Assembly: GCA_944322945.1 (NCBI GenBank)
Contig: CALUQN010000010.1
Coordinates: forward strand, 2,230 to 66,229
Source: Candidatus Gastranaerophilales bacterium
GTDB lineage: Bacteria > Cyanobacteriota > Vampirovibrionia > Gastranaerophilales > Gastranaerophilaceae
Length of the DNA stretch: 64,000 nt
Direction of reading: 5' to 3'
In this document: positions 1 to 9,180 of the stretch, piece by piece
Position numbering within the stretch: position 1 is the stretch's first letter
Layout of the letters: every line of letters starts with the position of its first letter
Notes under the pieces: model-generated
Told to the model about the DNA's origin: nothing
What the model saw: only the letters and a program-made list of their open reading frames with translations
The model's database searches: none
Program-made: the position numbers and the translations under genes

Positions 1-39
1 ATGCGGGTTTTCTGATTAAAAAAACTTAATATTATATCT

Positions 40-1278
40 TTAAATGTGCCGGACTTTTTCTAAAATTTTTGTCAGAGCTATTTTTACGTGTGAATAATTC
101 AGTCCGCCTTGCATATATGCAACGTATGGAGGTCTCATCGGACCGTCTGCGGAAAGTTCGATAGTGGAGCCTTCAATGAATGTGCCGCCTGCCATTATTA
201 CTTTGTCTTCATAGCCAGGGATGTATTCCGGAATGGGTGTGACATACCCGTTGACCGGCGATAGCGATTGAATTGTTCTGCAAAATTGTTCAAGTTGTTC
301 AGGTGCGCCGAATGTGATGTTTTGGATTATATCTGTTCTTTTCTCGTAATATTTCGGATAAGAATCGTAGCCGATTTCATCAAATACTTTTGCGGCAAGA
401 ACAGCACCTTTTACGGCGTCAGCAACAACCGACGGCGCCATAAACAGCCCCTGAAAAATTAATCTGTGCTGATTGAACATCGCACCGCCCTCACAGCCTA
501 TACCAGGCGCAGTCAGTCGGTTTGCGGATTTGTCGACATATTTTGCTTTACCGGCAATATACCCGCCGGCTTCTACAATTCCTCCGCCCGGATTTTTGAT
601 GAGAGAACCCGCTATCAGGTCTGCGCCAACTTCCAGCGGCTCTTGTGTGTCTGTAAATTCGCCGTAGCAGTTGTCTACAAAGCAGATACAGTCAGGATTT
701 TTTGATTTTACTATTTTGCAAATTTTTTCTATTACGTCCATTGTTAAAGATTTTCTTGTTGAATATCCTTTGGAACGTTGGATTAAAACCATTTTTACTG
801 TATTATCAATTGCGGCTTCAAGTTTTTCAAAATCAATTTCTGTTTCATCTTTCAGCGGAATTTCATCATAAAGGACGCCGTGTGCAATCAGAGAATCCTC
901 TTTTGTTTCATCATCACCTGCGGTTCCGATTACTTCCTGCATTGTGTCATAAGGTGCGCCGGCAACGGAAATTAATTTGTCGCCGGGACGTAAGTTCCCA
1001 AACAGACAGCAGGCAAGTGTGTGGGTGCCGGATGCAAAATGTATTCTTACCAGCGCTTTTTCAGCCTTAAAGACATCTGCAAAAACTCTGTCAAGGACTT
1101 CTCTGCCCAGATCATCGTGTCCGTAACCCGATACAGTATAAAAATGTTCCGGCGCAACTTTATTTTCTATAAAGGCATTCAGGACTTTTTCCTGATTGTA
1201 ATCTCTTATTTCGTCAATTTGTTCAAATTCTTTTGCCAGTGATTTTTCGGCTTGTTTTATTAATTCTTTGCTATTCAT
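40..1278 (-). CDS. PLP-dependent Cys/Met-metabolism family enzyme (YnbB / aluminium-resistance-protein type)
   Basis: 412-aa ORF. The N-terminus (EQIDEIRDYNQEKVLNAF...SGYGHDDLGRE...SGTHTLA) resembles the YnbB subgroup of gamma-lyase-like PLP enzymes. Recognised by eye. Confidence 0.7.
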   Translation of the reverse strand: MNSKELIKQAEKSLAKEFEQIDEIRDYNQEKVLNAFIENKVAPEHFYTVSGYGHDDLGREVLDRVFADVFKAEKALVRIHFASGTHTLACCLFGNLRPGDKLISVAGAPYDTMQEVIGTAGDDETKEDSLIAHGVLYDEIPLKDETEIDFEKLEAAIDNTVKMVLIQRSKGYSTRKSLTMDVIEKICKIVKSKNPDCICFVDNCYGEFTDTQEPLEVGADLIAGSLIKNPGGGIVEAGGYIAGKAKYVDKSANRLTAPGIGCEGGAMFNQHRLIFQGLFMAPSVVADAVKGAVLAAKVFDEIGYDSYPKYYEKRTDIIQNITFGAPEQLEQFCRTIQSLSPVNGYVTPIPEYIPGYEDKVIMAGGTFIEGSTIELSADGPMRPPYVAYMQGGLNYSHVKIALTKILEKVRHI

Positions 1279-1330
1279 AATGTCTTTATTTTATTGCAAG
1301 CAAATTTTAGCGTCAATTACAATTTATTGA

Positions 1331-1471
1331 ACTTATATGGCAAATTCCGCAAAAACTTTCAAAACTCCGTCATACTGAGCGTTAGCGAAGTATCTAATTA
1401 AAAGGGATTCTTCGGGCTAAAGCCCTCAGAATGACGCACTTTTAATGATGTCTGAGAAATTTACTATATAT
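1331..1471. repeat. MITE-like ~140-bp palindromic element, full copy A
   Basis: Terminal inverted repeats ACTTATATGGCAAATT / AAATTTACTATATA. The internal arms GTCATACTGAGCGTTAGCGAAGTATC and GATTCTTCGGGCTAAAGCCCTCAGAATGAC are shared with the copies at 28661, 33603, 61187 and 62306. Confidence 0.6.
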
Positions 1472-1479
1472 GTCCCAAT

Positions 1480-3363
1480 TTATTTTCTTCTATTGTCAGG
1501 AAGAGTTCTGACCCATTCCATGTGTTTTGCGGCTTCTATGAAGCTTTCAGGAAAATATTCAAGTATTGTTAAGCCCCCGTCAGCCTGGCTGTCGCCTGTC
1601 ATTAACATTGCATAACTTTCAGCGATAAATTCAAGAGAAGTTTTTGTTGCATAAGGTTTGTCAATATTTTTCTCCTCAGCTATTTTTTCAAAATTCTCAA
1701 GTTCTTTTTCAAATGCCTGTTGAAATTTTTCATTTTTGTTTGATGAAAATCTGGCTATTTGCAGTGGTAATTTGTATTCCGAAATTGTAGCGTCAAGTGC
1801 GTGTCCTAACTCGTGCTCTAATGTGTTTTCAGTTACAAATATATCATTGGTAAATGCACTATAGGCACCGCCGATTCTGTGATTCTCTGAAAAAAGTTTA
1901 AATATTAAGTTTCTGGTATTTATATATAATGACTTGTTTGAGTGCTCAATATCGTCAACCTCTGCTGCAATATCAAACAGTACCTGTCCGTTAACACTTT
2001 TTAGCTTTTCTATGAATACTTTTTTTTCTTCATCCGAGCATTCTTTGAATAGTTTGTTTAAATCCAGTGATGTTGTTTTTCCGTCGGTTAAATTCTCTAC
2101 AGTTACTGTATCATCCGAAAATTTTGTTTGAAAATTTTTGCCGTTGAACTCTGAATGAATTATCCCGTTTTCGTCAGGTTCAGAGACACTTGATGTAAAT
2201 TTGTATGGTTTGCCGTCACGAAAGAGCGTAATTTCGGAAGAATTTTTATTTGTATTGACTTTTGAGGCTATTCTTCTTGAAAATTTTATATCTCCGTTTT
2301 CATTATAGAAAGTATCTATTCTTACACCACCGTCCTTGCCGGAATAGTAGTCTATTAATTTTGCCAGTTTGTTGTTTTCATAAAATTCGTTTATAGTTCG
2401 ACTAGGGGATGTGTATGTTGTATTTTTGCTTAATATTTCTCCTGATTTGGGATCATATTGGGTTGTCGAACGGAAAGATACAGGTTCATTTTGATCGACT
2501 TTAGTTTCAATGCATATATTGTTTTCATATTTTGAGACTTTTGTTCCGGATTCTGAATACTCATATTCTTCGTATTTGCCGGGTTCTTCCAAATATCTTT
2601 CAGTGCCTTTCGTAATTTTTTCATGTGTTTCCGGATCTGTAACGGTTCTTTCTGTAACCGCTGTCCAGTTTCCATTTTCGTATTTTACTGCTTTTATTGT
2701 GCCGTCAGGAAGTTGGAATGCTCGTTCAAAACCTCCGCCTATTTTATTAATCTGTAGATCTTTAGTGTACTCTGGCGGCGTGGACAAATATTTTTCGGCT
2801 TCAACCGGAAGTAAATTTTCAGCAAATAAATTATCAATTTCTCCTGTGTCGCATGTCCGCCAGGAACTTAAAGTTTTATTTGAAAGTTCGTTTAATTTCG
2901 TTAAATCAATTCTTCGCGGTGCATCTATGTCCTCAAGCTTTTTGTTAAGTTTTTCGCCAAGTGCTGCCAGCAATTGGGTACGGTCTTTTTTGCTTATGTT
3001 GAATTCGTTCGATATTGCAGACACTAAGGATTCGCCGTATTTTTTATTGTATAACTCAAATACATCTGCAATATTCTCCGGCGTTATTTTATCGAGATTT
3101 TCAGCAAATGTTGATGAAGTGCCAAGCCCTTTGACATCATTATAAATTGCATCAACGATGCTCATAGGTGTATCTGTTACAGCAGTACCCGTGTGTATTG
3201 TTCCATTCCACAGGCTGCCGGTCGGAACTTTGCCGCTATAGTTTTCCTGCATAATGGAAATTTGTGCTTCTTTGCTTAATGCATTGAATGCTTTTAGTTC
3301 AGCACTGCTAAGTGTTTTTTTATAGTCTTCAAGACTTTTATTTACATTTATACCTTTTACCAT
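1480..3363 (-). CDS. large hypothetical protein with MORN-variant-like repeats and a C-terminal HExxH zincin motif
   Basis: 627-aa ORF. Repeated YENG/FYENN/FYNENG segments occur mid-protein. TLEHELGHALD lies near the C-terminus. No signal peptide. Confidence 0.65.
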   Translation of the reverse strand: MVKGINVNKSLEDYKKTLSSAELKAFNALSKEAQISIMQENYSGKVPTGSLWNGTIHTGTAVTDTPMSIVDAIYNDVKGLGTSSTFAENLDKITPENIADVFELYNKKYGESLVSAISNEFNISKKDRTQLLAALGEKLNKKLEDIDAPRRIDLTKLNELSNKTLSSWRTCDTGEIDNLFAENLLPVEAEKYLSTPPEYTKDLQINKIGGGFERAFQLPDGTIKAVKYENGNWTAVTERTVTDPETHEKITKGTERYLEEPGKYEEYEYSESGTKVSKYENNICIETKVDQNEPVSFRSTTQYDPKSGEILSKNTTYTSPSRTINEFYENNKLAKLIDYYSGKDGGVRIDTFYNENGDIKFSRRIASKVNTNKNSSEITLFRDGKPYKFTSSVSEPDENGIIHSEFNGKNFQTKFSDDTVTVENLTDGKTTSLDLNKLFKECSDEEKKVFIEKLKSVNGQVLFDIAAEVDDIEHSNKSLYINTRNLIFKLFSENHRIGGAYSAFTNDIFVTENTLEHELGHALDATISEYKLPLQIARFSSNKNEKFQQAFEKELENFEKIAEEKNIDKPYATKTSLEFIAESYAMLMTGDSQADGGLTILEYFPESFIEAAKHMEWVRTLPDNRRK

Positions 3364-3496
3364 AATATTTTTATTATCGTCACAGGATTATAAAAACTTT
3401 AATTTTTTTAAGATATATTACAATATTTTTTATATTCACCACTTTTGTTTTTCTTATGGAGATAGTATTTTTTATTTTAAAATAAATAATTTTATT

Positions 3497-4219
3497 ATGA
3501 AAAAATTTATTTTACTTTTATTCTGTTTGATAGTCGGGTCATTTGTGCTAGCAGAAAATTATGGACTTTACAGACCGGAAAATTACAATTTTGAAAAGTA
3601 CGGAAATTCTGATGAAAAAATTCTTTTCATTATGGATTTTTCAAACAGTATGACTGATTATTTAAACGGGCAGAGAAAATTGGATTTGATGCTTGAAACT
3701 ATGGCGCAAATTTTGCCCCATATCGGGCGTGATGTTTCAATCGGTTTAAGAATTTACGGTCATAAAATGGGGTTTACTGCATTTGAAGCCTGCAGAGCTT
3801 CTACTCTTGCGGTTCCTATAGCTCCTGCAAATTCATTTAATGTACAGCGTTCTTTAAATGAGACTAAGCCGCGCGGAATGACGCCAATTACATATTCTCT
3901 AAAACAGGCTGTAAAATATGATTTTCTTGGTGTCAGCGGTAAAAAACGCATTATTCTCCTGACTGACGGCGGTGAAAATTGCGATGAAAGTCCGTGTACT
4001 TATGTTATGGAATTAATTAAAGTTCGAAAAGATATATCCATTGATGTTATTGCCTTCAACGTTAAAGATCAGGATGATTTGGAACAGCTGGAATGTACTG
4101 CGCTTGTGACCAGCGGCAAATTCTATACCGCTGACACTGCTGCCGAACTTGTTGACAGTTTGACGCAGAGTATCAGCGGCAAAAAAGAAGTTGAGGCAAA
4201 AATTATTTCCGGAAATTAG
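3497..4219 (+). CDS. secreted von Willebrand factor A (VWA) domain protein
   Basis: Signal peptide MKKFILLLFCLIVGSFVLA. MIDAS motif in ILFIMDFSNSMTD. LLTDGGEN motif present. Confidence 0.8.
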   Translation: MKKFILLLFCLIVGSFVLAENYGLYRPENYNFEKYGNSDEKILFIMDFSNSMTDYLNGQRKLDLMLETMAQILPHIGRDVSIGLRIYGHKMGFTAFEACRASTLAVPIAPANSFNVQRSLNETKPRGMTPITYSLKQAVKYDFLGVSGKKRIILLTDGGENCDESPCTYVMELIKVRKDISIDVIAFNVKDQDDLEQLECTALVTSGKFYTADTAAELVDSLTQSISGKKEVEAKIISGN

Positions 4220-4279
4220 GCAATTTATATAAAGAACATGTTTTTATTTAAATAAGACACGAAACACAGGTATAAGGTT

Positions 4280-5419
4280 ATGAAAGTATTGTTAAACAGT
4301 TTAGTCAGGCTGGCAAAGACTATGCCTCGCGGACGTTGTGTTCCTGCATCGCGGGAAGGAATTTTTTCTTTTGCAAAAAATCATCAGTTAACCAGAGCTG
4401 ACGGAGCATTAAATGAAAACGGTATGGTGCTGGTTCATTTGACAGATTATCTGCCGAGAAAAGGTTATATAGATACAGCCCGTTCTGCGGTTGGGGCTCC
4501 CCGTGACAGTGTGCATTTTTCTGTTAATCATGCAGTTGAATCTCATCTGCTTGGCGATTGGTCAGAAAAGAAATTAGCCTTTATTCTTCCGATGAAAGCC
4601 GCACGGGCTATTAAAGAAAATAACTTTACCGGCGGTATTGCTGCGGATTTTTATTCTCATGGCAGGGTTAAAATACCGGAAGGCTCTGTTATAGTTCGCC
4701 GTTCTTCAACGATGCAGCCTGGGCGCTACAGAATTTCCGATGCGTCAAAGGTTGATGAATTTAAAGATTTAAAAGGTGTAAAAGTTATTGAGACTGCCGC
4801 TGATGATATCTCTGAGACAACAAATGATGTGTTGAAAAAAATGGGTTATGAGGTAAGGTCTTCAGATACGTTTCACTGGGGAAGTACTTCTGATTTCGAT
4901 GGAATGTTAATGTTCAGTAATTTTTTACGGAAAAATGGTATGAAACCTGCATGGCACGGATATACCCCGAATGCTAAGATTGAAATGATCATGGAAGTGA
5001 TTAATCTATTGGCAAATAAAGCAAACAGATGGCAGTTCCAACATTTTGAATGGGGAAGGGGCGATGTTATTTGGGATGCAAAAGAACTAATGCTGAATGC
5101 TTTAAAATACGTTGACGGGTATGCAAAAAGTTCCAAGCTGCCTATAAATTTTGATATTAAAACTCTTGTAAATATTATTGAAACTTCTAAAAATCCTCAG
5201 GAAGCTGTAAAATTGCTTCAGTCTAGAATGGGTATTTCATCCTACATGATGTCTAAAGAGTATATAGCAGCTCTGACTGATGAGAATGTATTTTCAAGTG
5301 TCAAATTTAACTTTGAGGCTATTGCAGACAGTCCTATTCTTCGAAAAATAGACAAATATGTTGCTAATTTTCTAGAAAACCCATCGGAAAAAACTTTTGA
5401 AGTGTTTTCAAGTCTATAA
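4280..5419 (+). CDS. hypothetical protein
   Basis: 379-aa ORF, 60 nt after and co-oriented with the VWA gene. No recognisable family. Confidence 0.55.
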   Translation: MKVLLNSLVRLAKTMPRGRCVPASREGIFSFAKNHQLTRADGALNENGMVLVHLTDYLPRKGYIDTARSAVGAPRDSVHFSVNHAVESHLLGDWSEKKLAFILPMKAARAIKENNFTGGIAADFYSHGRVKIPEGSVIVRRSSTMQPGRYRISDASKVDEFKDLKGVKVIETAADDISETTNDVLKKMGYEVRSSDTFHWGSTSDFDGMLMFSNFLRKNGMKPAWHGYTPNAKIEMIMEVINLLANKANRWQFQHFEWGRGDVIWDAKELMLNALKYVDGYAKSSKLPINFDIKTLVNIIETSKNPQEAVKLLQSRMGISSYMMSKEYIAALTDENVFSSVKFNFEAIADSPILRKIDKYVANFLENPSEKTFEVFSSL

Positions 5420-5454
5420 CGAATAGAATTTGGTCTATTGGCAATCTAATTTAA

Positions 5455-7239
5455 TTAATTGCAGCCATCGTCGAGGTTATCAATTTTACCGTCGTGGTCA
5501 TTGTCTACCCCGTCAGAGCACGAGCCTATTGAATCGGGGCTTTCTGCGCGGATATCAGTTTTGAGATATTTGTCAGGAATTTTTACCCAGATATAATTAA
5601 AATAGTCTTTGTAAAATTCAGCGAATTTTTTGTCTTCTATCAAGACTATATTTTCGTCATTTCTGTTTTCTCCGCTGTTTGAAAAATTCATTGAGCCGAG
5701 AATTGTGTATTTGTCGTCAATGATTATGGTTTTCATGTGCATTTTGCCGGCGTAATTTTCAGCTTTTACAGGCACTCCGGCAGCGCGCAGTACGTGATGT
5801 TTTGTGTGCAATTGGGTTGAACTTGTTCCGTCCAGTATGATTTTGACATCAACGCCGCGCTTTTTTGCGTTAATCAGAGCATCTGTCAGGCTCTGATGCG
5901 TGAGTACAAATGTCGGTATATAAATATATCTTTCCGCTTTATTTATAAGCGGCAGGATTTCCCTGCTGATAGCCTTGTCCTGCGGAGAGAAAAAGACTGA
6001 CACGGTGGATGTCCCCAGTCTGATGTTTTTGTTATATTTGCTCGGCATCTTGTTGGTGTGGAATTTGCCAGAGAGCATCTGCTCAAATTCTTTTTTGAAA
6101 AGCTCTGCAACGTGCAAAGAATTTATAACAACTATGCTGTTTGCGTTAAATCCGGAAAGCCCTGTTCTGCTGAAATTCATTGAACCTGTCAAAACTTTTT
6201 TCCCGTCAAATATCATAAACTTATTGTGCATAAGATAATTTGTGAGCATTTTGCTCTGTGCATTAAAATCTGTGTTATATTCGTCAGCTAGTGAAATAAT
6301 TTTTTCGCTGTCAGGGTAATGTTTATCCTGCGGGATTTTTGTGTCGGTGACGAGTCGTATTTTTACTCCTCTTTCCTTTGCTTTAGATAACGCATTTTCT
6401 ACAGCGGGAACACTTTCCCAGCCATATACAGCCATATCAATTGTTTGAGTTGTATTGTTTATATCGTTTACTATTGCCTGACAAATGTTACTTATACAGT
6501 TTGTGTCAGGTTTTAGTCTTGTGGTAAAGTCTGTGAGGTAAATTTTTATATCTCCGGCCGCAGTGATTGTCGGAACCGGTTTTAAAATTTCATCTCCTTT
6601 TACGCTTGTGTTTGCCCCGAGACAAACCTTGCACGGTATTGCGTTTGCGGAAAGCTGTCTGCGCGGAATTGTTACTGTGTCACGTGCTGCTTTTGCATAT
6701 TTGCAGTCAGGTGAGTGGTATTTATTGTTTCTGTGGTTTAAAATAACTAGGTCGAGTTTTCTTGCTTTTTCAAGTTGTGTTTTGTAGATTTCCTGATTTT
6801 GAGCAATCCCATTCTTTATCGCAAATCCGTTTTGGTATAAAAGCTGCCCGTAATCGTTACCGTTTACTGTTATATTGGCATAGCGGCATAAGGGTGTGCT
6901 TTCGGCTGTAAATTTTACTTTTATTTCTTTATCCAGCAGTGTTTTTGCTGCAAAATCTTCTGCCAGATAGCCAAGTCCGACAATCTCTTTTGCTGTCAGT
7001 TTGTTTTTAAATGCAATGTCAGCAGTGTCGGCTTTTATATCAGAGGTATAGCTGGTATATTCCGGCAGACAGATTGTTTCATTATCATCAACACGTCTGT
7101 TCCCGTTCAAGTCAACTTGTATCATTGAAGGATTTAGTATTTTTAAGACAACATTTGTATTTTGTCTGAAGTGTTCTTCCAGAGTGAATAACCCGAATAA
7201 TATGATTATAAATATGAAAGTTGTGAGTTTTTTATTCAT
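5455..7239 (-). CDS. secreted multidomain phospholipase D-family protein (SNase-like + Ada-type Zn motif + 2x HKD)
   Basis: Signal peptide present. Thermonuclease-like GLGYLAEDFAAKTL...NGNDYGQLLYQNGFA. YHSPDCKYAK...CKVC Cys motif. Two HKD motifs (HNKFMIFDGKKVLTGSMNFS, HMKTIIIDDKYTILGSMNFSNSG). C-terminal CSDGVDNDHDGKIDNLDDGC. Confidence 0.8.
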   Translation of the reverse strand: MNKKLTTFIFIIILFGLFTLEEHFRQNTNVVLKILNPSMIQVDLNGNRRVDDNETICLPEYTSYTSDIKADTADIAFKNKLTAKEIVGLGYLAEDFAAKTLLDKEIKVKFTAESTPLCRYANITVNGNDYGQLLYQNGFAIKNGIAQNQEIYKTQLEKARKLDLVILNHRNNKYHSPDCKYAKAARDTVTIPRRQLSANAIPCKVCLGANTSVKGDEILKPVPTITAAGDIKIYLTDFTTRLKPDTNCISNICQAIVNDINNTTQTIDMAVYGWESVPAVENALSKAKERGVKIRLVTDTKIPQDKHYPDSEKIISLADEYNTDFNAQSKMLTNYLMHNKFMIFDGKKVLTGSMNFSRTGLSGFNANSIVVINSLHVAELFKKEFEQMLSGKFHTNKMPSKYNKNIRLGTSTVSVFFSPQDKAISREILPLINKAERYIYIPTFVLTHQSLTDALINAKKRGVDVKIILDGTSSTQLHTKHHVLRAAGVPVKAENYAGKMHMKTIIIDDKYTILGSMNFSNSGENRNDENIVLIEDKKFAEFYKDYFNYIWVKIPDKYLKTDIRAESPDSIGSCSDGVDNDHDGKIDNLDDGCN

Positions 7240-8060
7240 TTTAACTTGTTGTAGTTCGTAAGATCAAAACCTGCGCGGAAAATTTTATCAGCCAGAAGTT
7301 TGTTTTTGCATAATTCGTATTCAGCCGGACGCTTTTGTTTATCAGGTATTGCAAAACACTCAATAACACAGTTTGCCGGAGTATCTTGCAGATATTCTTC
7401 AATAATTTCAGCATCCATGCAGCCGCGGTATAGTGTCCCTATTGTGTAATCAGTTGTTTTTATGCCGTATTTTTCTGCTGCTCGACGGTTTTCCCCTGCA
7501 AACGAGTTTAGCAGCAGTGTTTTAATTAAATTTACTGTAAATCCGGCTTTTGAAATTTTACCGAGATTTTTGCTCAACAGTATTTCTTCGTGCTGTAGTC
7601 TTATATACGGGATATTGTAGTCAGCTGCAAGCTTGCATGTCAGTTTGAATATTGCCGGTATGCAGTGGATATTTCCGCGGGAATTTATACAGTCAATATT
7701 TTTGTATTCAGTGATTTTTTCAATTTGTACTCTAAACTCTTTTTCTATGGCGTTTAATCCTTTAGGATTTGCAGCCATACTGCATAATGTCAGAAAAGTA
7801 TTGTTCAGGCGGTTTCTGTTATCGGTGATAAAACTGCTGCCAGAAAGTGCTCTGCCGTAAGAAATATTCAAATGGGCATTGATTTTGAGCCCCGGACAGT
7901 CCGGCAGAATTTCGTTTACTGCGGCATTAAACTCACTGCCATTTGCGCATAGGCTTGCCGAGGTAATAACTCCGGCGTTGTATCCGTCTAAAACTCCCCT
8001 GTTAATGGTGTTGTTAATTCCAAAATCGTCAGCGCTGAATATAAACTTTTTGTTACCCAT
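7236..8060 (-). CDS. ChbG/YdjC-family carbohydrate deacetylase
   Basis: FIFSADDFGINNTINRGVLDGYNAGVITSASL N-terminal signature. ATG at 8060 preferred over upstream TTG codons. 4-nt overlap with the downstream PLD gene. Confidence 0.75.
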   Translation of the reverse strand: MGNKKFIFSADDFGINNTINRGVLDGYNAGVITSASLCANGSEFNAAVNEILPDCPGLKINAHLNISYGRALSGSSFITDNRNRLNNTFLTLCSMAANPKGLNAIEKEFRVQIEKITEYKNIDCINSRGNIHCIPAIFKLTCKLAADYNIPYIRLQHEEILLSKNLGKISKAGFTVNLIKTLLLNSFAGENRRAAEKYGIKTTDYTIGTLYRGCMDAEIIEEYLQDTPANCVIECFAIPDKQKRPAEYELCKNKLLADKIFRAGFDLTNYNKLK

Positions 8061-8084
8061 CAACAATTCCCATCTTAATAAAAA

Positions 8085-8341
8085 GACCGTGCCACTGTCT
8101 ATCGAATTTACCGACTATAACTTCGGAACAAATTTCCTCTTTTTAATTGTATAACACCCGCAAGGATTGCCTTAGTGCTGCTATGTTTCCATCCTGACAC
8201 GGTTCGGCAGCTTACGCCGCTACACTCTTAAACGTCAACGAAAATTTATCCGTCCGCTATAACCGTTAAACCCTCACAACAGGCTCTGCACCCCGCATTG
8301 GCTTCGGGTCGAGAGATTGCAATTCCCCGTGGAGCACGGTC
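8085..8341 (-). ncRNA. ffs: signal recognition particle RNA, long (Bacillus-type, Alu-domain-containing) form
   Basis: On the minus strand, GUGUCAGGAUGGAAACAUAGCAGCACUAAGGCA matches the domain IV core GUCAGGUCCGGAAGGAAGCAGC..AAGGCA. The 3' end CGAUAGACAGUGGCACGGUC resembles the B. subtilis scRNA end GACAGAAGGUGCACGGU. The termini GACCGUGC/GCACGGUC pair. The region is GC-rich in an AT-rich genome, has no credible ORF, carries a TGCTATAAT extended -10 just upstream, and is followed by a T-run. Confidence 0.75.
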
Positions 8342-8348
8342 ATTTTTT

Positions 8349-8357
8349 ATTATAGCA
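8349..8357 (-). promoter_or_regulatory. extended -10 (TGCTATAAT) for the SRP RNA
   Basis: Minus-strand TGCTATAAT ends about 7 nt before the predicted RNA 5' end. Confidence 0.45.
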
Positions 8358-8367
8358 CAAAATTTTT

Positions 8368-9141
8368 CTAGTCTGCAAGTTTTGTGATTAATATTGGTGC
8401 ATTGGTGTAAAAGTACGGCAGGGAATTCCCTGCATCGGTGTATCCTACCCAGATTACTCCTGGATAGCTTTGTTTGTTTATCTGTCGTAATTTTTCTTCT
8501 ACATTTGTAAATTTTGTTTTTGAAATTTTTAGGTTCGCAAGATTACTGATGTCACCGATATTTATTATCGTATAGTCTCCGTTTGTTATTCTGTGGTAAT
8601 TTGTTGCTTCTTCAATCGCTTTGTACACCCATTTTATCCTTCCGTTTCGTTTAAGGTTCGCCGGAATTTCCATTGTGTAAATTCCTATTTCTTTTGCGTG
8701 TTCTACAAGCGCATTGATTACTTTTTTGCCCTCATTTTTGTTATCTACTGTCAGGATTAGTCCAGATTTTAGCTTGTCTCCGTAAATGTATTTTTCATCG
8801 CCTTCCATGGCTGCTCTTATCGGGTAAAGTACTTTTTTCTTTAAAAACTTTGCAGTGTTTGGATATTTAAGCTTATTCAGCCCGGCATTTTTGTCGGCAA
8901 GTTCTATAAGGCTTTCAGGAATAATGTTTTTCATCCTCAGATTAAGAAGCATTCCGGCAACTGCTGCCACCGCAAGCAGACTTACAGTGATTCCGAGCGA
9001 ATTATTGTTCATTTCTTTCATTTTTTTTGTCGGATCTGTTTGAAACAAAAAAGGATTGCTAATCTCGACTTTTTTTTCACCTGTCTGAGAATTGCAGAAA
9101 CTTGTTGTGTATGTTTTGTAGGATACCGGACTAACTTGCAT
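8368..9141 (-). CDS. membrane-anchored hypothetical protein, possible degenerate AAA+ core
   Basis: 257 aa. TM helix LGITVSLLAVAAVAGMLLNL. KSGLILTVDNKNEGKKVINALVEHAKEIG and DYTIINIGDISNL align loosely to FtsH-type Walker A/B regions, with key residues replaced. Confidence 0.55.
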   Translation of the reverse strand: MQVSPVSYKTYTTSFCNSQTGEKKVEISNPFLFQTDPTKKMKEMNNNSLGITVSLLAVAAVAGMLLNLRMKNIIPESLIELADKNAGLNKLKYPNTAKFLKKKVLYPIRAAMEGDEKYIYGDKLKSGLILTVDNKNEGKKVINALVEHAKEIGIYTMEIPANLKRNGRIKWVYKAIEEATNYHRITNGDYTIINIGDISNLANLKISKTKFTNVEEKLRQINKQSYPGVIWVGYTDAGNSLPYFYTNAPILITKLAD

Positions 9142-9180
9142 GATATGGTATTAAACCGTAAAATAATATATTTTTGCTAA

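Noticed and set aside
7879-8154. 91-aa plus-strand ORF.
   Set aside because: It overlaps the ChbG-like gene in antisense and the SRP RNA, and has no RBS. The region is better explained by ffs.
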